Shown here: positions 21,910 to 34,726 of the stretch, piece by piece
Layout of the letters: each line of letters opens with the position of its first letter
How positions within the stretch are numbered: position 1 is the first letter of the stretch
Source of the DNA: Takakia lepidozioides
Taxonomy: Eukaryota; Plantae; Bryophyta
Assembly: GCA_030704615.1 (NCBI GenBank)
Contig: CM060732.1
Coordinates: 25,048,001-25,112,000 of the forward strand
Direction of reading: 5' to 3'
DNA length: 64,000 bases
The notes under the pieces: model-generated
The model's database searches: none
What the model saw: the letters and a program-made list of their open reading frames with translations, nothing else
Told to the model about the DNA's origin: nothing
Made by a program: the position numbers and the translations under genes

Positions 21910-24800
21910 GTGAATGTGGGAACTAAAGAGGAACCGAGGATGGTGAAGGTAGGAGCTGATTTGGAGCCAGAATTCTTTGAAGAAACTAAGAGTTTGTTCA
22001 TCAAATACAGAGATGTATTTGCTTGGAGCTATGAGGATTTAAAAGGGATACCACCTGAAATCTGTCAGCATAAGATTGAACTGGAACTGGGGTCAGTACC
22101 AATCAAGCAGGCAAGGTACAGAATGAATCCCAACTACGCACAAAAGGTTGGAGAAGAGATCAAGAAGTTGGCTGAGGCTAAGTTTATATACCCAATAGAG
22201 TATACAACTTGGTTGTCACCCATTGTGATAGTTCCCAAGAAGAATGGTAAACTAAGAGTTTGTGTGAACTACAAGAAGCTGAATGCTTGTACGAAGAAAG
22301 ATCCTTTCCCTTTGCCATTCACAGAAGCAGTATTAGACACTGTGGCAGGCCATGAGATGTACTCATTCATGGATGGCTTCAATGGTTATAATCAAGTGCA
22401 AGTGGCAGAAGGAGACCAAGGAAAAACAGCTTTCATCACAGACTGGGGTGCTTATGCATACAAAGTCATGCCCTTTGGACTTTGTAATGCACCAGCGACC
22501 TTTCAGAGAGTGATAAGTGAATCTTTTCATGAGTATCTGGATGATTTCATGCAGGTGTTCTTGGATGATTTCAGTGTGTACAGCTCTAAGAATGAGCACT
22601 TGCATAAATTGGAGTTATGTCTGGCCAGATGCAGGATGAGAGGTCTGGGCCTGAATCCAGAGAAGTGTACTTTCTGTGTGAACTCAGGGGTGCTTCTGGG
22701 ACACATTGTGTGTAAGAGGGGACTTCTTGTGGATCCCAGGAAAACAGAGGCCATTAAAGCCTCTCCACCACCAGTGAATGTTAAGAGTCTAAGGAGATTC
22801 CTTGGACAAACCAGCTATTACGGAAGATTTGTCAGACGGTATGCACAGATAGCAGCACCATTGAGCAAACTTCTGAAGAAAGATGCAGTGTTTGCGTGGA
22901 CACCTGAATGTCAACAGGCTTTTGAGGAACTTACATTGTCAGTAACAACTACACCTGTGCTGATTAGTCCTCACTGGCAGAAAATATTTCATGTTCACTG
23001 TGATGCTTCTGGATAAGCATTAGGAGCGGTGTTAGCACAAAATGTAACAGGAAGGATAGATTCACCTGTGTACTATGCTAGCCGATTGATGAACAATGCC
23101 GAAAGAAATTATAGCACAACGGAAAGAGAAGCATTGGCAATGATCTATGCAGTGAAGAAATTCAGGCATTACCTGTTGGGCAAGAAGTTTATGTTTTATG
23201 TGGATCACCAGGCTCTGATATACCTGGTAAACAAACCTCTGATAAGCGGAAGAATAGCAAGATGGTTAATAATCTTGCACGAGTTTGAGTTCGAGGTTGT
23301 TTACAAGCCTGGGAGACTGCATCTTGTGGCGGATCACTTGTCAAGGTTATCAACAGGAGAACCAGCCACGGGAGTAGATGATCAATTACCAGATGAGAGT
23401 CTATTTACAGTGGAGGTGCAGGGAAGTGCAGACGACTGGTTAGATTGGCAGTGGCCAATCAGATACTACCTTGCTCATGGTCAGTGCCCACCAAGTTATG
23501 GAAAGGAGCAGAGAAAGAGAATTGCTATCAAGGCTCTACCTTACACTATGGTAGGGAGCAGAATGTATAAGCTAGGACCAGATGGAGTGCTGAAGCGATG
23601 CTTATACCACCATGAAGTTAATAAAGTTTTGGAGGAAGTTCATAAAGGAGTGGCAGGAGGTCATTTTGGAGAAGAGACTACCAGCAGGAAAATACTACAT
23701 GCAGGTTACTGGTGGCCTACTTTGTTCAAAGATGTACACAAGTATTGTCAGAGTTGTGATGAATGTCAGAGGCTGGGACCTTTGCAGAGATCTGGGAAAA
23801 TGTCTTTGCATCCTACGATGCCTACCGAACCATTTCAGAAATGGGGACTAGACTTTGTTGGATCAATTAACCCACCGGCCAAGAATACACAGAACAAGTA
23901 CATAATTACATCCACTGATTATACTACGAAGTGGGTGGAAGCTAAAGCTTTGAGGGACAACACAGCCAAGTCCACAGCAAGGTTTCTGTATGAGAACATA
24001 CTTACACGATTTGGCTGTCCCTTGGAATTTATCAGTGATCAAGGAAGTCACTTCATTAATGAGACCATTGAATTGTTGACTAAAGAGTTCATGATTGTGC
24101 ATAGGAAGAGTACAACATATTACCCATAGGGTAATGGGCAGGCAGAGGCTACCAACAAAATACTATGTACTATCTTGGCTAAGATAGTCAATGCAAACAG
24201 AACGGATTGGGATACAAAGCTGCTGACAGCTTTGTGGTCATACACGACTTCATATGAAGTCACCACTAAGTATACACCATTCCAATTAGTTTATGGTATG
24301 GAAGCCTTACTTCCAGTGGAATTCCTGTTACCTACCATGAGAACGGAATGGGGAAAGAGAATGGAATGGCAAGATTCCATTAAAGTCAGGAAACATGAAT
24401 TATACCATGTGGAAGAAGTACGTGCTGATGCAGCTGATAATATGACCAGAATTCAGATGAAGAGGAAGGAACAGTTTGATGAAGGCAAGTTAAAGACTTT
24501 TAAGACGGGAGATTTGGTTCTATGGTTGCATTAGAAGGGAAAGATTAAAGCTTCTAAGCTTAAATCACCATGGAAAGGACCTTATGTCATACAAAAGATG
24601 TATGATAACAACATTGCCATGTTACAAACCATTAACAAAGAGATGCTGGGAAGAGTCAATGCTAATAAGTTGAAGGGGTACAGTGGTATCCATGACAAAC
24701 CATTGCAGCATGATTTACATGTTGAAACGCAAAAGCAGTCACGGGCTGCGCCAGTGTTACCAACAGAGTATGGAGCACTTGTCGTTAAGACGAACATATA
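21910..24800 (+). pseudogene. Gypsy pol: RT, RNase H and integrase, with few in-frame stops
   Basis: MPFGLCNAPATFQ and FLDDF (RT); HCDASG and TEREALA (RNase H); GHFG...CQSCDEC, WGLDFVG and SDQGSHF (integrase); GPY motif. Confidence 0.95.
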
Positions 24801-24824
24801 TGACCAGGGCGGGCAGAACAAGCG

Positions 24825-25062
24825 AGACACAGCCTATCACAGCCCATCACGACGTGACACAGCCTATCACAGCCTATCACGGCGCGACACAGCATATCAC
24901 AGCCCAGCATGGCGCAACACAACCTATCACGACCTACCACAGCATGTCACAACCTATCACAGCTTACCACAGTGCATCACAGCCTATCACAGCTTACCAC
25001 AGTGTATCACAGCCTATCACGGCATACCACAGTATGACACAGCCTATCACAGCTTAACACAG
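24825..25062 (+). repeat. 30-bp tandem repeat after the integrase (10-aa unit TAYHSxxQxx)
   Basis: About 8 units of ACAGCCTATCACAGC....CACAG.GT.AC; an inverted counterpart lies at 28945-29147. Confidence 0.9.
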
Positions 25063-25580
25063 CCTATTAGGGTTACACAATCCATAGAATCAGTGACAGA
25101 TGGACGCAGGATAACTTCAGTGAAATGGCTGGCGGAAGAAAGGACGGAAGCCAGTTTACAAAGGGACACGTGGAAGTCAAGGCGCAACACACCGCTGAGA
25201 AGGAAGTGCAAGAACGGATGTCATCAAGAAAGGGGACAAGAATGGCCGTCAAAATACCTAATCAGTGCGTCAAATTACCTAATCAGTGCGTCAAATTGGA
25301 TGAATGGCGGGCCCATTAATGAATACAGAAAAGGGGCAACAGAACAAACGGCAAGTACAGAAAAACAAAATTCTTGTCACATGTGTTATCCTAGTGGACA
25401 GTCCAGCAGGGAAAGTCCACTAAAGAAAATTAAATCTAAAATCCAATCATAGCGGTTACAGCCAATAGAAAGCCAGAGAAGGGATCAAGAAATTGGAGGG
25501 AAATTAAGCGCAAGAGTCGGCGTCATTCTGAGTAACGGGCGTCTCGACGGGACAAACCTCAATGCTATAGCTTTGAAGCT

Positions 25581-28541
25581 ATGGAGGAACTAACAGACTA
25601 TACGCTCGCAATATTACTTACGCAGTGGCATAGGGACGAAACAACAGAGCGGGTCTTTTCTCTTGAGCGATGCTTGCAAGCCCCGCAGGCTTACAAGAAA
25701 TTACCCATAGCTTTTTGTGGCAACCATACGTTTATGCTTTGTGCACTACAGGCATTTCTTCAATTGTTACAGCCAAAACATTTCTGTGGGTCTCGAATGA
25801 AGAGAGTGAGAGGAATGGAGGAAATCAGGGTGAAGAGCACCACAATTCTGCAGAAACAAACGATTGCTACCCCACAGGCGATACAGATACTGAAGGAGCT
25901 GAGATTGCAAGGATTGCAAAGTAAAGATTGGACATTGCACCATCGACAGTACATGTTACAATTCCTGCAGAACTTTGAGCCAAGGACAGGAGCAACAACG
26001 GTGAAGGGAGTTGAATTAGTAATTACTCCCCTATACCTACAGCAATTGTTTCGATTGCCAGCAGGCCAGGCGCATGTGGAGGAGCACAGGGCAAGACTGC
26101 AAATAGGGGACTTATTCCAAGAAGGGAGTTTCTTTAAAACTCAGGGTTATGCTTGTACCAAGGCCGTGTACCCAGGGCTAAAGGAGGTAGGCCAGGTATT
26201 GAACGTTCTGTTTGCCATGAAACAGAACCAACAGTATTTGAGCAGATCCTTCACAGAGGAAATACTCAAAGCCCTGAGAGGAGAAGAGGTAGAATGGACG
26301 GACATAATGTACAATGCACTGGTAGAGGAGATGAGAAGATTACAGGGTACTGCCGCAAAGTCTCTTATCATAGTGTCTGGCCCAATCATTGCTCAAATAA
26401 TTCTTGATTCTGGCATACTTGATGCGCGAGAAAGAAAGGAGATGGGAGTGTTTGAACCAGAAACCACTGCAATGGAAGACCAAGGCTCTTCACACAGTGA
26501 GGGTGGACTGGCAGGGCAACCCGAGAATAAGAGACAGAGGCGGGGAAAGACTGTAGTGGCGGATCCACTGGCTTCACGGAATCCGCATGATAATGTTTCC
26601 CAAGTTTTTGTGCAGGAAGGGGCACAGCAGCACAGAGAACTGCTATTATTGGAAGCAGGACCTTCAGAGAGGGAAGAGGAAGTTACTTCAGTATCACAGC
26701 CATCACAACCAGAGGATCGGCTTGTCACAAGGTTACCACAAGTTGTCCATGCAGTTCAACCAGAAATAATTGATTTAGAAAAAGAAGGGTTAGATATTCC
26801 CACTACAGAACAAGTGGTGGCAGAAATTGAGAAGGGGGACCTTCTCTATGAATATTCTGGTATGGTCAAGGACACAATGATTCCGGAGGTGCAACGGTTG
26901 TCCAAGGAAAACCCTGCGGCGCATAAGATACACACACCTGTGACGGAGGTACCGCAGGTAGAATGCTAAGACACTGCAGCACCAGTGACGAATGAAGTGG
27001 TTCAGGAAGAAAATCTAGTGGGGCAATGGCCTGAATGGTTTGTAAGGCATCACACTGTTGAGGATCAGGGAGAACAGCAGCAAGCTCACCATGATGACCA
27101 TCAACAGGCTATGCTTATGAGTTCCATAAGCAAGACACTGAATTTGTTGGGTACTTATGTCAAATCCCATGTTCCTACTACTCAATTGGCAGCTTTGAGG
27201 GAGGAACTCAGGAAAGAGTTTGAGGCTCGACTTGCCACAGAGTGTGCAAACAAGGTCGATGAAGAGGTCACTCTCAAAATGCAGCAAGACTTGGAGAGTA
27301 CAGAAGCGGCTTTGCAATTGGCCAAGGAACAATTGATTGAGGCAGGCCTCGCACAAGACCACTTGCACGAAGCACATAAGCTATACCAAATGCAGGTGAA
27401 GCATGAAAGCAAGTTGCAAGAAGTGAATGCACTACATATGGAGTTGCAGACAGTGCATGACAGGATGGCCATACAATGTGCTACACTCACAACTATGCTT
27501 GACCAATCTACAAAAGAAATAAACAGTCAAGCGGAAAAATGTACGAAGGCAGAGGAAGAGAATGTTGAGCAAATGAAACTCATTGTCGATATGAAGAATA
27601 CAATCTGTCGCAATGAGGATACTTTCAAGCAATACAGGCAGGTTGAAGCTGACCAAGAGAGGCACATCCTGGAGTTGCAACAAATAGTCATGGCCAATAG
27701 AAATGAAATCTCGGTCACTAACAAGGCTCGGAAGGAAGCCAATAATCTGCTTGCTGCTTATGCGAATTTGGATGAACCTCATGCGAAGCGCATGGAGGCT
27801 TTACAACAGCAGTTACATGTGTACAAACTCATAGAGGAGCACACTCTCAGAGGAACCACAAGCAACTTGGTGGATAACCACCTTATGCAGGTCTGGTTAG
27901 CACAAGGGCCAGTGGAGGGCAAAGCACCACGAAAGCTCACCCAAAGCGAGATGAATGAGCTCAGACTGCAAGTGCAGAACATTGCCACAATTACTATAGA
28001 CAATGTCTATAGTAGGATAGCGGAGTTACAGGAGGATGTAGACGGACTGCAGACTCAAGTGGAGGACCTAACTTCAGATATCGACAAAAGAGTCTATATA
28101 CCTGAGGAACAGCTAATGGCTTCTTATTTACAAGCCAGAACTTTGGCTTTTCAATCTTCTTCACAGCAGGTGCAGGAGATGCCAATGATACAAGAGCCAG
28201 TGCCACCAACACCACAACAAGTCACTGTGCCAGTAGCTGACCCTGTTGTTACTACAGCCACACCACAGCCACCACAGCCTGACGTATGGGGCAATGCTGC
28301 TTTTAACCCACCTAAAACTCCAGCTGCAAGGGAGTACAGTAGGGCTATGATTATGCCCTTCAACCAAATTCCCATTGTGTTGGATTTGGTTTGGAAAGAA
28401 TTAAGTCCTCCGCAGTCATTGGCACATTACTATCAAATCATGCGCATTTGGCTGCCAGTGGCAACTAGGACTAAAGTTCTTCCGGAGGGAACCACTTGCA
28501 TGAAATTCTCACTCTTGATTGGCTGTTGCCTGCTTAGGTAA
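25581..28541 (+). CDS. Extra 3' ORF of the gypsy element (about 980 codons, one internal stop), coiled-coil rich, function unknown
   Basis: ORFs 25581-26969 and 26985-28541 are in the same frame, downstream of the integrase; the 3' end is truncated at the junction near 28500. Confidence 0.7.
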
Positions 28542-28944
28542 CTTTTTAATTCCACCCCCCTCCATGGACATTCCCATCTGGAATGTCCAGTAGGACAACA
28601 CATGTGGCATAAGTCCCTCTTTTCTGTACTCGGAAAGGGTTATGTTACCCCTGCCCTGAATGCATTAATGGGCCCACAAATAGTTTTAGTTGATGTACCG
28701 GGTAGGTACTTTGACGGCCCGATTTGTCCTCTTGCATGATGAGACCCACTCTTGCAATCGATGCACTGCGGTGTGCTTCGCCTTAGTGGCCACGTGTCCG
28801 TTTTTAGACATGCCCCCGACTTCCCCTCTCCGCGTGGCATATTCTCCGAGTTTGACTTCCAAACTTCTTCTTCACTTGACGGCCACTTTTCTGACGTTAA
28901 CCCGCGTCCACCTGTCACTGACCCAATGGACTGGGTAACCCGCA

Positions 28945-29147
28945 TGGGCTGTGTTGGGATGTGACAGGCTGTGTCTAACTGTGGTGAACTGTGATAGGCT
29001 GTGTGACACTGTGGTGGGCTGTGATAAGCTGTGTCACGCTGTGATGGGCTGTGATAGGCTGTGTGGCACTGTGATGGGCTGTGATAGGCTGTGTGGCACT
29101 GTGATGGGTTGTGATAGGCTGTGTCACACTGTGATGGGCTATGATAG
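28945..29147 (-). repeat. 30-bp tandem repeat after the integrase of the outer element
   Basis: About 6 units of GTGATAGGCTGTGTGGCACTGTGATGGGCT. Confidence 0.9.
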
Positions 29148-29212
29148 ATATGCAAACACCTGTACTTCCCGCCCTGGTCATACACGCTCGGCTTAGCGAC
29201 AAGTGCTTCATA

Positions 29213-32200
29213 CTACGTTGGTATCACTGGCGCAGCCTGTGACTGTTTTTGTGTTTCAACATGCAAATCATGCTGCAATGGTTTGTCATAGATACCACTG
29301 TATCCTTTCAACTTATTGGCATTGACTCTCCCTCTCCCCAGCATTTCTTTGTTAATGGTTTGTAACATGGCGGTGTTATTATCATACATCTTCTGTATGA
29401 CATAAGGTCCTTTCCATGGTGATTTAAGCTTAGAAGCTTTAATCTTCCCTTCTTTTTGCAACCACAGTACCAAATCTCCCGTCTTAAAAGTTTTTAATTT
29501 ACCTTCATCAAACTGATCCTTCCTCTACATCTGAATTCTGGTCATGTTATCAGCTGCATCAGCATGTACTTTTTCCACATGGTATAATTCATGTTTCCTG
29601 ACCTAATTGAATCTTCCAATTCCATTCTCTTCCCCATTCAGTTCTCATGGTAGGTAAACAAGAATTCCACTGGAAGTAAAGCTTCCATACCATAAACTAA
29701 TTGGAATGGTGTATACTTAGTGGTGACTTTATATGAAGTCCTGTATGACCACAAAGTGTCAGCAGCTTTGTATCCCAATCTGTTATGTTTGCATTGACTA
29801 TCTTAGCCAAGATAGTACATAGTATTTTATTGTAAGCCGCCTCTGCCCTTCCCATTACCCTGTGGGTAATAAGTTGTACTCTTCCTATGCACAATCATGA
29901 ACTCTTTAGTCAATAGTTTCTATGGTCTCATTAATGAAGTGACTTCCCTGGTCACTGATAAATTCCAGGGGACAGCCAAATCGTGTAAGTATGTTCTCAT
30001 ATAGGAACCTTGTTGTGGACTTAGCTGTGTTGTCCCTCAGAGCTTTAGCTTCCCCCACTTTGTAGTATAATCAGTGGCTGTGATTATATACTTGTTCTGT
30101 GTATTCTTGGCTGGTGGGCTAATTGGTCCAACAAAGTCTAGTCCCCATTTCTGAAATGGTTCAGTAGGCATTGTAGGATGCAAGCCATCTTCCCAGATCT
30201 CTGCAATGGTTGTAGCTTCTAACACTCATCACAACTCTTACAATACTTGTGTACATCCTTGAACAAAGTAGGCCACCAGTAACCTGCAAGTAGTATTTCT
30301 CTTTTCTACCGTAGTCTCTTCTCCAAAATGACTCCAGCCACTCCTTTATGAACTTCCTCCAAAACTTTATTTACGTCATGGTGATACAAGCATCGTTTAA
30401 GTACTCCATCAGGTCCTAGCTTATACATTCTTCTGCCCCCTACCATAGTATAAGGTAAAGCCTTGATAGCGATTCTCTTCCTCTGCTCTCTTTCAATAAC
30501 TAGGTGGGCACTGACCATGAGTAAGGTAGTATCTGACTGGCCACTGCCAATCTAACCAGTCATCTGCACTTCCCTGCACCACCATCTACCGCAAATAACT
30601 TGCATCAGGTAATTGGTCGTCTACTCCTGTGGCGGGCTCTCCTGTTGATAGACGTGACAAGTGATCTGCCACAGATGCAAACGGCCAGGCTTGTAAACAA
30701 CTTCGAACTCAAACTCGTGCAAGATTATTAACCTCCTTGCTATCTTTCCACTTATCAAAGGTTTGTTCACCAGATATATCAGAGCCTGGTGATCCACATA
30801 AAACATAAACTTCCTTCCCAATAGGTAATGCCTGAATTTCTTGACTGCATATATCATTGCCAGTGCTTCTCTTTCAATTGTGCTATAGTTCCTTTCAACA
30901 TTGTTCATCAACCTGCTAGCATAGTACACAGGTGAATCTATATTTCCTGTAACATTTTGGGCTAACACTGCTCCCAACGCTTCTCCTGAGGCATCACAGT
31001 GAACATGAATACTACATGCCAGTGAGGGTTAATTCAGCACAGGTGTAGTTGTTACTGACAATGTAAGTTCCTCAAAAGCCTGTTGACATTCAGCTGTCCC
31101 ATGCAAACACTGCATCTTTCTTCAGAAGCTTGCTCAATGGTGCTGCTATCTGTGCATACCGTCTGACAAATCTTCTATAATAACTTGTTTGTCCAAGGAA
31201 TCTCCTTAGACTCTTAACATTTACTGGTGGTGGAGAGGCTTTAATGGCCTCTGTCTTTCTGGGATCCACAAGAAGTCCCCTCTTACACACAATGTGTCCC
31301 AAAAGCACCCCTGAGTTCACACAAAAAGTACACTTCTCTGGATTCAGGCCCATACCTCTCATCCTGCATCTGGCCAAACATAACTCCAATTTATGCAAGT
31401 GCTCATTCTTAGAGCTGTACACACTGAAATCATCCAAGAACACCTGCATGAAATCATCCAGATACTCATGAAAGATTCACTTATCACTCTCTGAAAGGTT
31501 GCTGGTGCATTACAAAGTCCAAAAGGCATGACTTTGTATGCATAAGCACCCCAGTCTGTGATGAAAGCTGTCTTTCCCTGGTCTTCTTCTGCCACTTGCA
31601 CTTAATTATAACCACTGAAGCCATCCATGAATGAGTACATCTCATGGCCTGTCACAGTGTCCAATACCGCTTCTGTGAATGGCAACGGGAAATGATCTTT
31701 CTTCATACAAGCATTCAACTTCTTATAGTTCACACAAACTCTCAGTTTACCATTCTTCTTGGGAACTATCACAATGGGTGACAACCAAGTTGTATACTCT
31801 ATCGGGTATATAAACTTAGCCTCAGCCAACTTCTTGATCTCTTCTCCAACCTTCTGTGCAAAGTTGGGATTCATTCTGTACCTTGCCTGTTTGATTGGTA
31901 CTGACCCTGGTTCCAGTTCAATCTTATGCTGACAGATCTCATGTGGTATCCCTTTCAGATCCTCGTAGCTCCAAGCAAATACATCTTTGTATTTGATGAA
32001 CAGACTCTTAGCTTCCTCAAAGAATTCTGGCTCCAAATCAGCGAATTTTGGCTCCAAATCCTCAAAGATTTCTGTCAAATCTTTTATCTAGGGATGTACC
32101 TCAGATCTTTCACCTCGTGGTTGATCTTCTTCTTGTACCAATTCCCTTAATCTTTCTTGCAAAGAAAAAGAAGGAATGGCATCCAACTCTAGTTCTTCCG

Positions 32201-32357
32201 GTATGGGTGATGTACTCTCTGATCTTAATGGTGTGAGAGGTCCAGATGATTCCCCTATGTCTATTCCTCTCTCCCAAAGATATGGATAATTAGCTTTCAG
32301 ATAACTTTCTTTTTTTGCTGAATATCTCTGGAGTCTAGCTTCCCTTTCATCACTCAT
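29213..32357 (-). pseudogene. Outer gypsy gag N-terminus fused to RT-RNase H-integrase (frameshifted, gag-PR deleted)
   Basis: MSDEREARLQ... runs into ADLEPEFFEEAK; [13 protein letters not shown] and GPY motifs occur in ORF fragments. Confidence 0.9.
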
Positions 32358-32940
32358 GTCCCATGTCTTTCATTTCTTTAATGTGGCAATAACCAAAACT
32401 CTCTCTCTCTGTAGTATCTCTCGTATATGCCTGGGTTTCTTTCAAGCTTCAATGCACCCTTGGCTATACTAGAAGTCTCCATTACCATATGGCAAACAAG
32501 TCTAAAAAGCTGTTCTTGGTGTGAGTTTGATCCACAGAATATCCTTTGGAATCCAATTCTTTACTTGTACAAGCTCCTCATGCATATGAGTATAAACATT
32601 CACTTTCCTTTCCTCCCAGCCTCAAACTCTACTCGCTTAATGGATAGCAATGCTATCACATAAACCAGTGTTGGTCCAACGTGCTCTTCCTCTACAGGCC
32701 ACCTGATAATCTTTATCACACTCCTTTCTCCAGACCCCACTCAGGGTCAGCATCATGCACCTCTTAAAGAATGTTTTCTTTACAACCGTCTGGCAATTCC
32801 AAGAACCTCTAAAAGAATTGTTTAGACAATCTTTCCTTCTCAGTTCCACAGGAGATTTGATTCACATCAAATTCTTTAATTCTCCAACCACCATGATCCC
32901 ACCAGATGCCTGTCAGATCTGGTTGTTCATGACCCAGTTC

Positions 32941-32956
32941 CCCAGTATGGTCGCCA
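32941..32956 (-). promoter_or_regulatory. Primer-binding site (tRNA-Arg-like)
   Basis: TGGCGACCATACTGGG lies 2 nt after the LTR CA; the tRNA identity is inferred from recalled plant tRNA-Arg 3' ends. Confidence 0.7.
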
Positions 32957-32958
32957 AA

Positions 32959-33870
32959 TGTCGAGTGGCTTTTACTCACCCATCCCTTCGCTATCCGAGG
33001 TGGAAACTCCAAGATAGAAGAGTTGGATATCTCTAAGCACTCAGCCCGCTCAGAACAATCAGTCATGACCTGCAGCTAGTGAATCATGGTTGTGCTCCCT
33101 ATTCGTATTCCTTCCTGCCTTCATGTTATCAATTTACCTTACCGTGTATACTGAAGCATCAGATTGCTTCAGTATCTACTAAGTTCCAATTAATCATGCA
33201 TTCATTCCATAGCTCATCTCGTGTCTCTCTTCACAGTATGTTTGTATCGATTCAGTATCGGACTAAGATTAATCATGTATCATGCCTATACCATGGTGTC
33301 TCTATTCTACCCTATTGTATAATTTTACAGCTTGCATGAACTAAGCCTCATTCAAGTCATCATCTCCTTTTCACTGTTTCCACTCCCCGTTACGTCTCTT
33401 CCTCTCCTAAAGAAGTTGCCCTCCTCAAGAAGTGATCCCCTTCCTGTTGCCGCTCTGCCTAATCTACCCGCAAGCTGTTCTAACCACCTAACTAATCTAC
33501 CGTCACCCCTGAAGTAACACGTTCCCTCTACAGATGTCGTTCCCACACAGTCGTTCCCTGTCAATGATAATTGTTCCCCATGTACTGTGACAGGCTGTGT
33601 GAAGTTGTGCCGAGCTGTGATTGGCTGTGCGAAGCTGTGTCGGGCTGTGACTGGCTGTGCAAAGCTGTGTCAGGCTGTGTGAAGCTGTGTCGGGCTGTGT
33701 AAAGTTGTGTTGGGCTGTGACTGGCTGTGCGAAGCTGTGTCGGGCTGTGTAACCCTCCTAAAGCCTGCTCCTACCACCCCTAAGGCTCCTGTTGGTCTCA
33801 GTCTGCGCAAAAATTAAGGGTACCCCACAGAACCCGTAAAAGCGTCTAAGTCCCAAGCAGCCCTCTAACA
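32959..33870 (-). repeat. 5' LTR
   Basis: Direct repeat of 20076-21052 with fewer GCTGTG units. Confidence 0.92.
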
Positions 33871-34049
33871 ACGTTCCCCATGAAAAACCCACGTAGATTC
33901 ACTTGTCAATGTCGGATAATATCGATGAGGATTGGGATTGATTGAGGTAGCGGCGACAGACTTGTGCATTGTAGTGGGGTAGATGGCATTATGGGCCATG
34001 CACATGACACTTTTTGTTTTTGCTAATGTGGTAGGATGTGTAGTACAGG

Positions 34050-34726
34050 ACTAACTGTTTGCTCGGGGCTAAGCACCAAAGGGTACCATGCATGCTTGCA
34101 TTGTGGCGATGATCTTGATGCACATAGCTCCGTCATCTTCACAGATGGTGTATCCCAACTACCGCAAATTTCTTCCTATGAGCCATCGATGGAGAAGAAG
34201 AGAGAGATGGAAGGAGGCCCATGCGGGCACGGACGGTGAAGTGGACGTGCCCGGCATGAAACGACTTTCAATCTTCTACGAGTTGTCATATTGGGCGGTA
34301 ACTATTCCACAAAAACACCGTCAATATCCCTATGCATGCATGTGATGTTGCACATTTGGTATGCGTTGCATTGTCACTTTCACGTAAAAAAAATTGTGTA
34401 AGTCTTTGTGGGTGGGGATATATGTAGGACCTGAAGATTCACCATCTTCTAGATCCCATGCATATTGAGAAGAATGTCTGCTCGTCCCTTTTCGGGTTCT
34501 TCATGGCACGCCGGCAAAGCAGGGAGTGGCTGCAAAAGGAGATTCTCTCGGTGTTAGAAAGGAGCTTGAGGAGCAGGGTCACCTTGGCACTGGACAAAAA
34601 AGGAATACAAGAAAGTGATAGCCACCATAGGTGCTGTCCGAACACCAACTGGTTATGGGTCATCCCTCCGTACGAAGTTCAGCGAAGAAGACGGTGTCCC
34701 TGGTTTGAAGTCTCATGACTACCACA
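34050..34726 (+). pseudogene. CACTA transposase exons
   Basis: SGLSTKGYHACLHCG, KRLSIFYELSYW, HLLDPMHIEKNVC and GLKSHDYH, the last cut by MULE-2. Confidence 0.9.

Larger units (their letters stand above)
21200..28500 (+). mobile_element. Nested, opposite-orientation copy of the same gypsy family (rearranged 5' LTR, no gag-PR, no 3' LTR)
   Basis: Begins TGTTAGAGG at 21200 and matches the reverse complement of the outer LTR; its pol is highly similar to 29213-32040. Confidence 0.85.
20076..33870 (-). mobile_element. Non-chromovirus Ty3/gypsy (Phygy-like) LTR retrotransposon inside a CACTA intron
   Basis: Direct-repeat LTRs at 20076-21052 and 32959-33870 (TGTTAGAGGG...TCGACA on the minus strand), PPT at 21053-21069, PBS at 32941-32956 and degenerate TSD ATGTC/ACGTT. 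The lineage name is tentative. Confidence 0.9.

Noticed and set aside
24598-25452. Separate 284-aa repeat protein
   Set aside because: It is the integrase C-terminus reading through the 30-bp tandem repeat, and the sister copy does not keep the frame.
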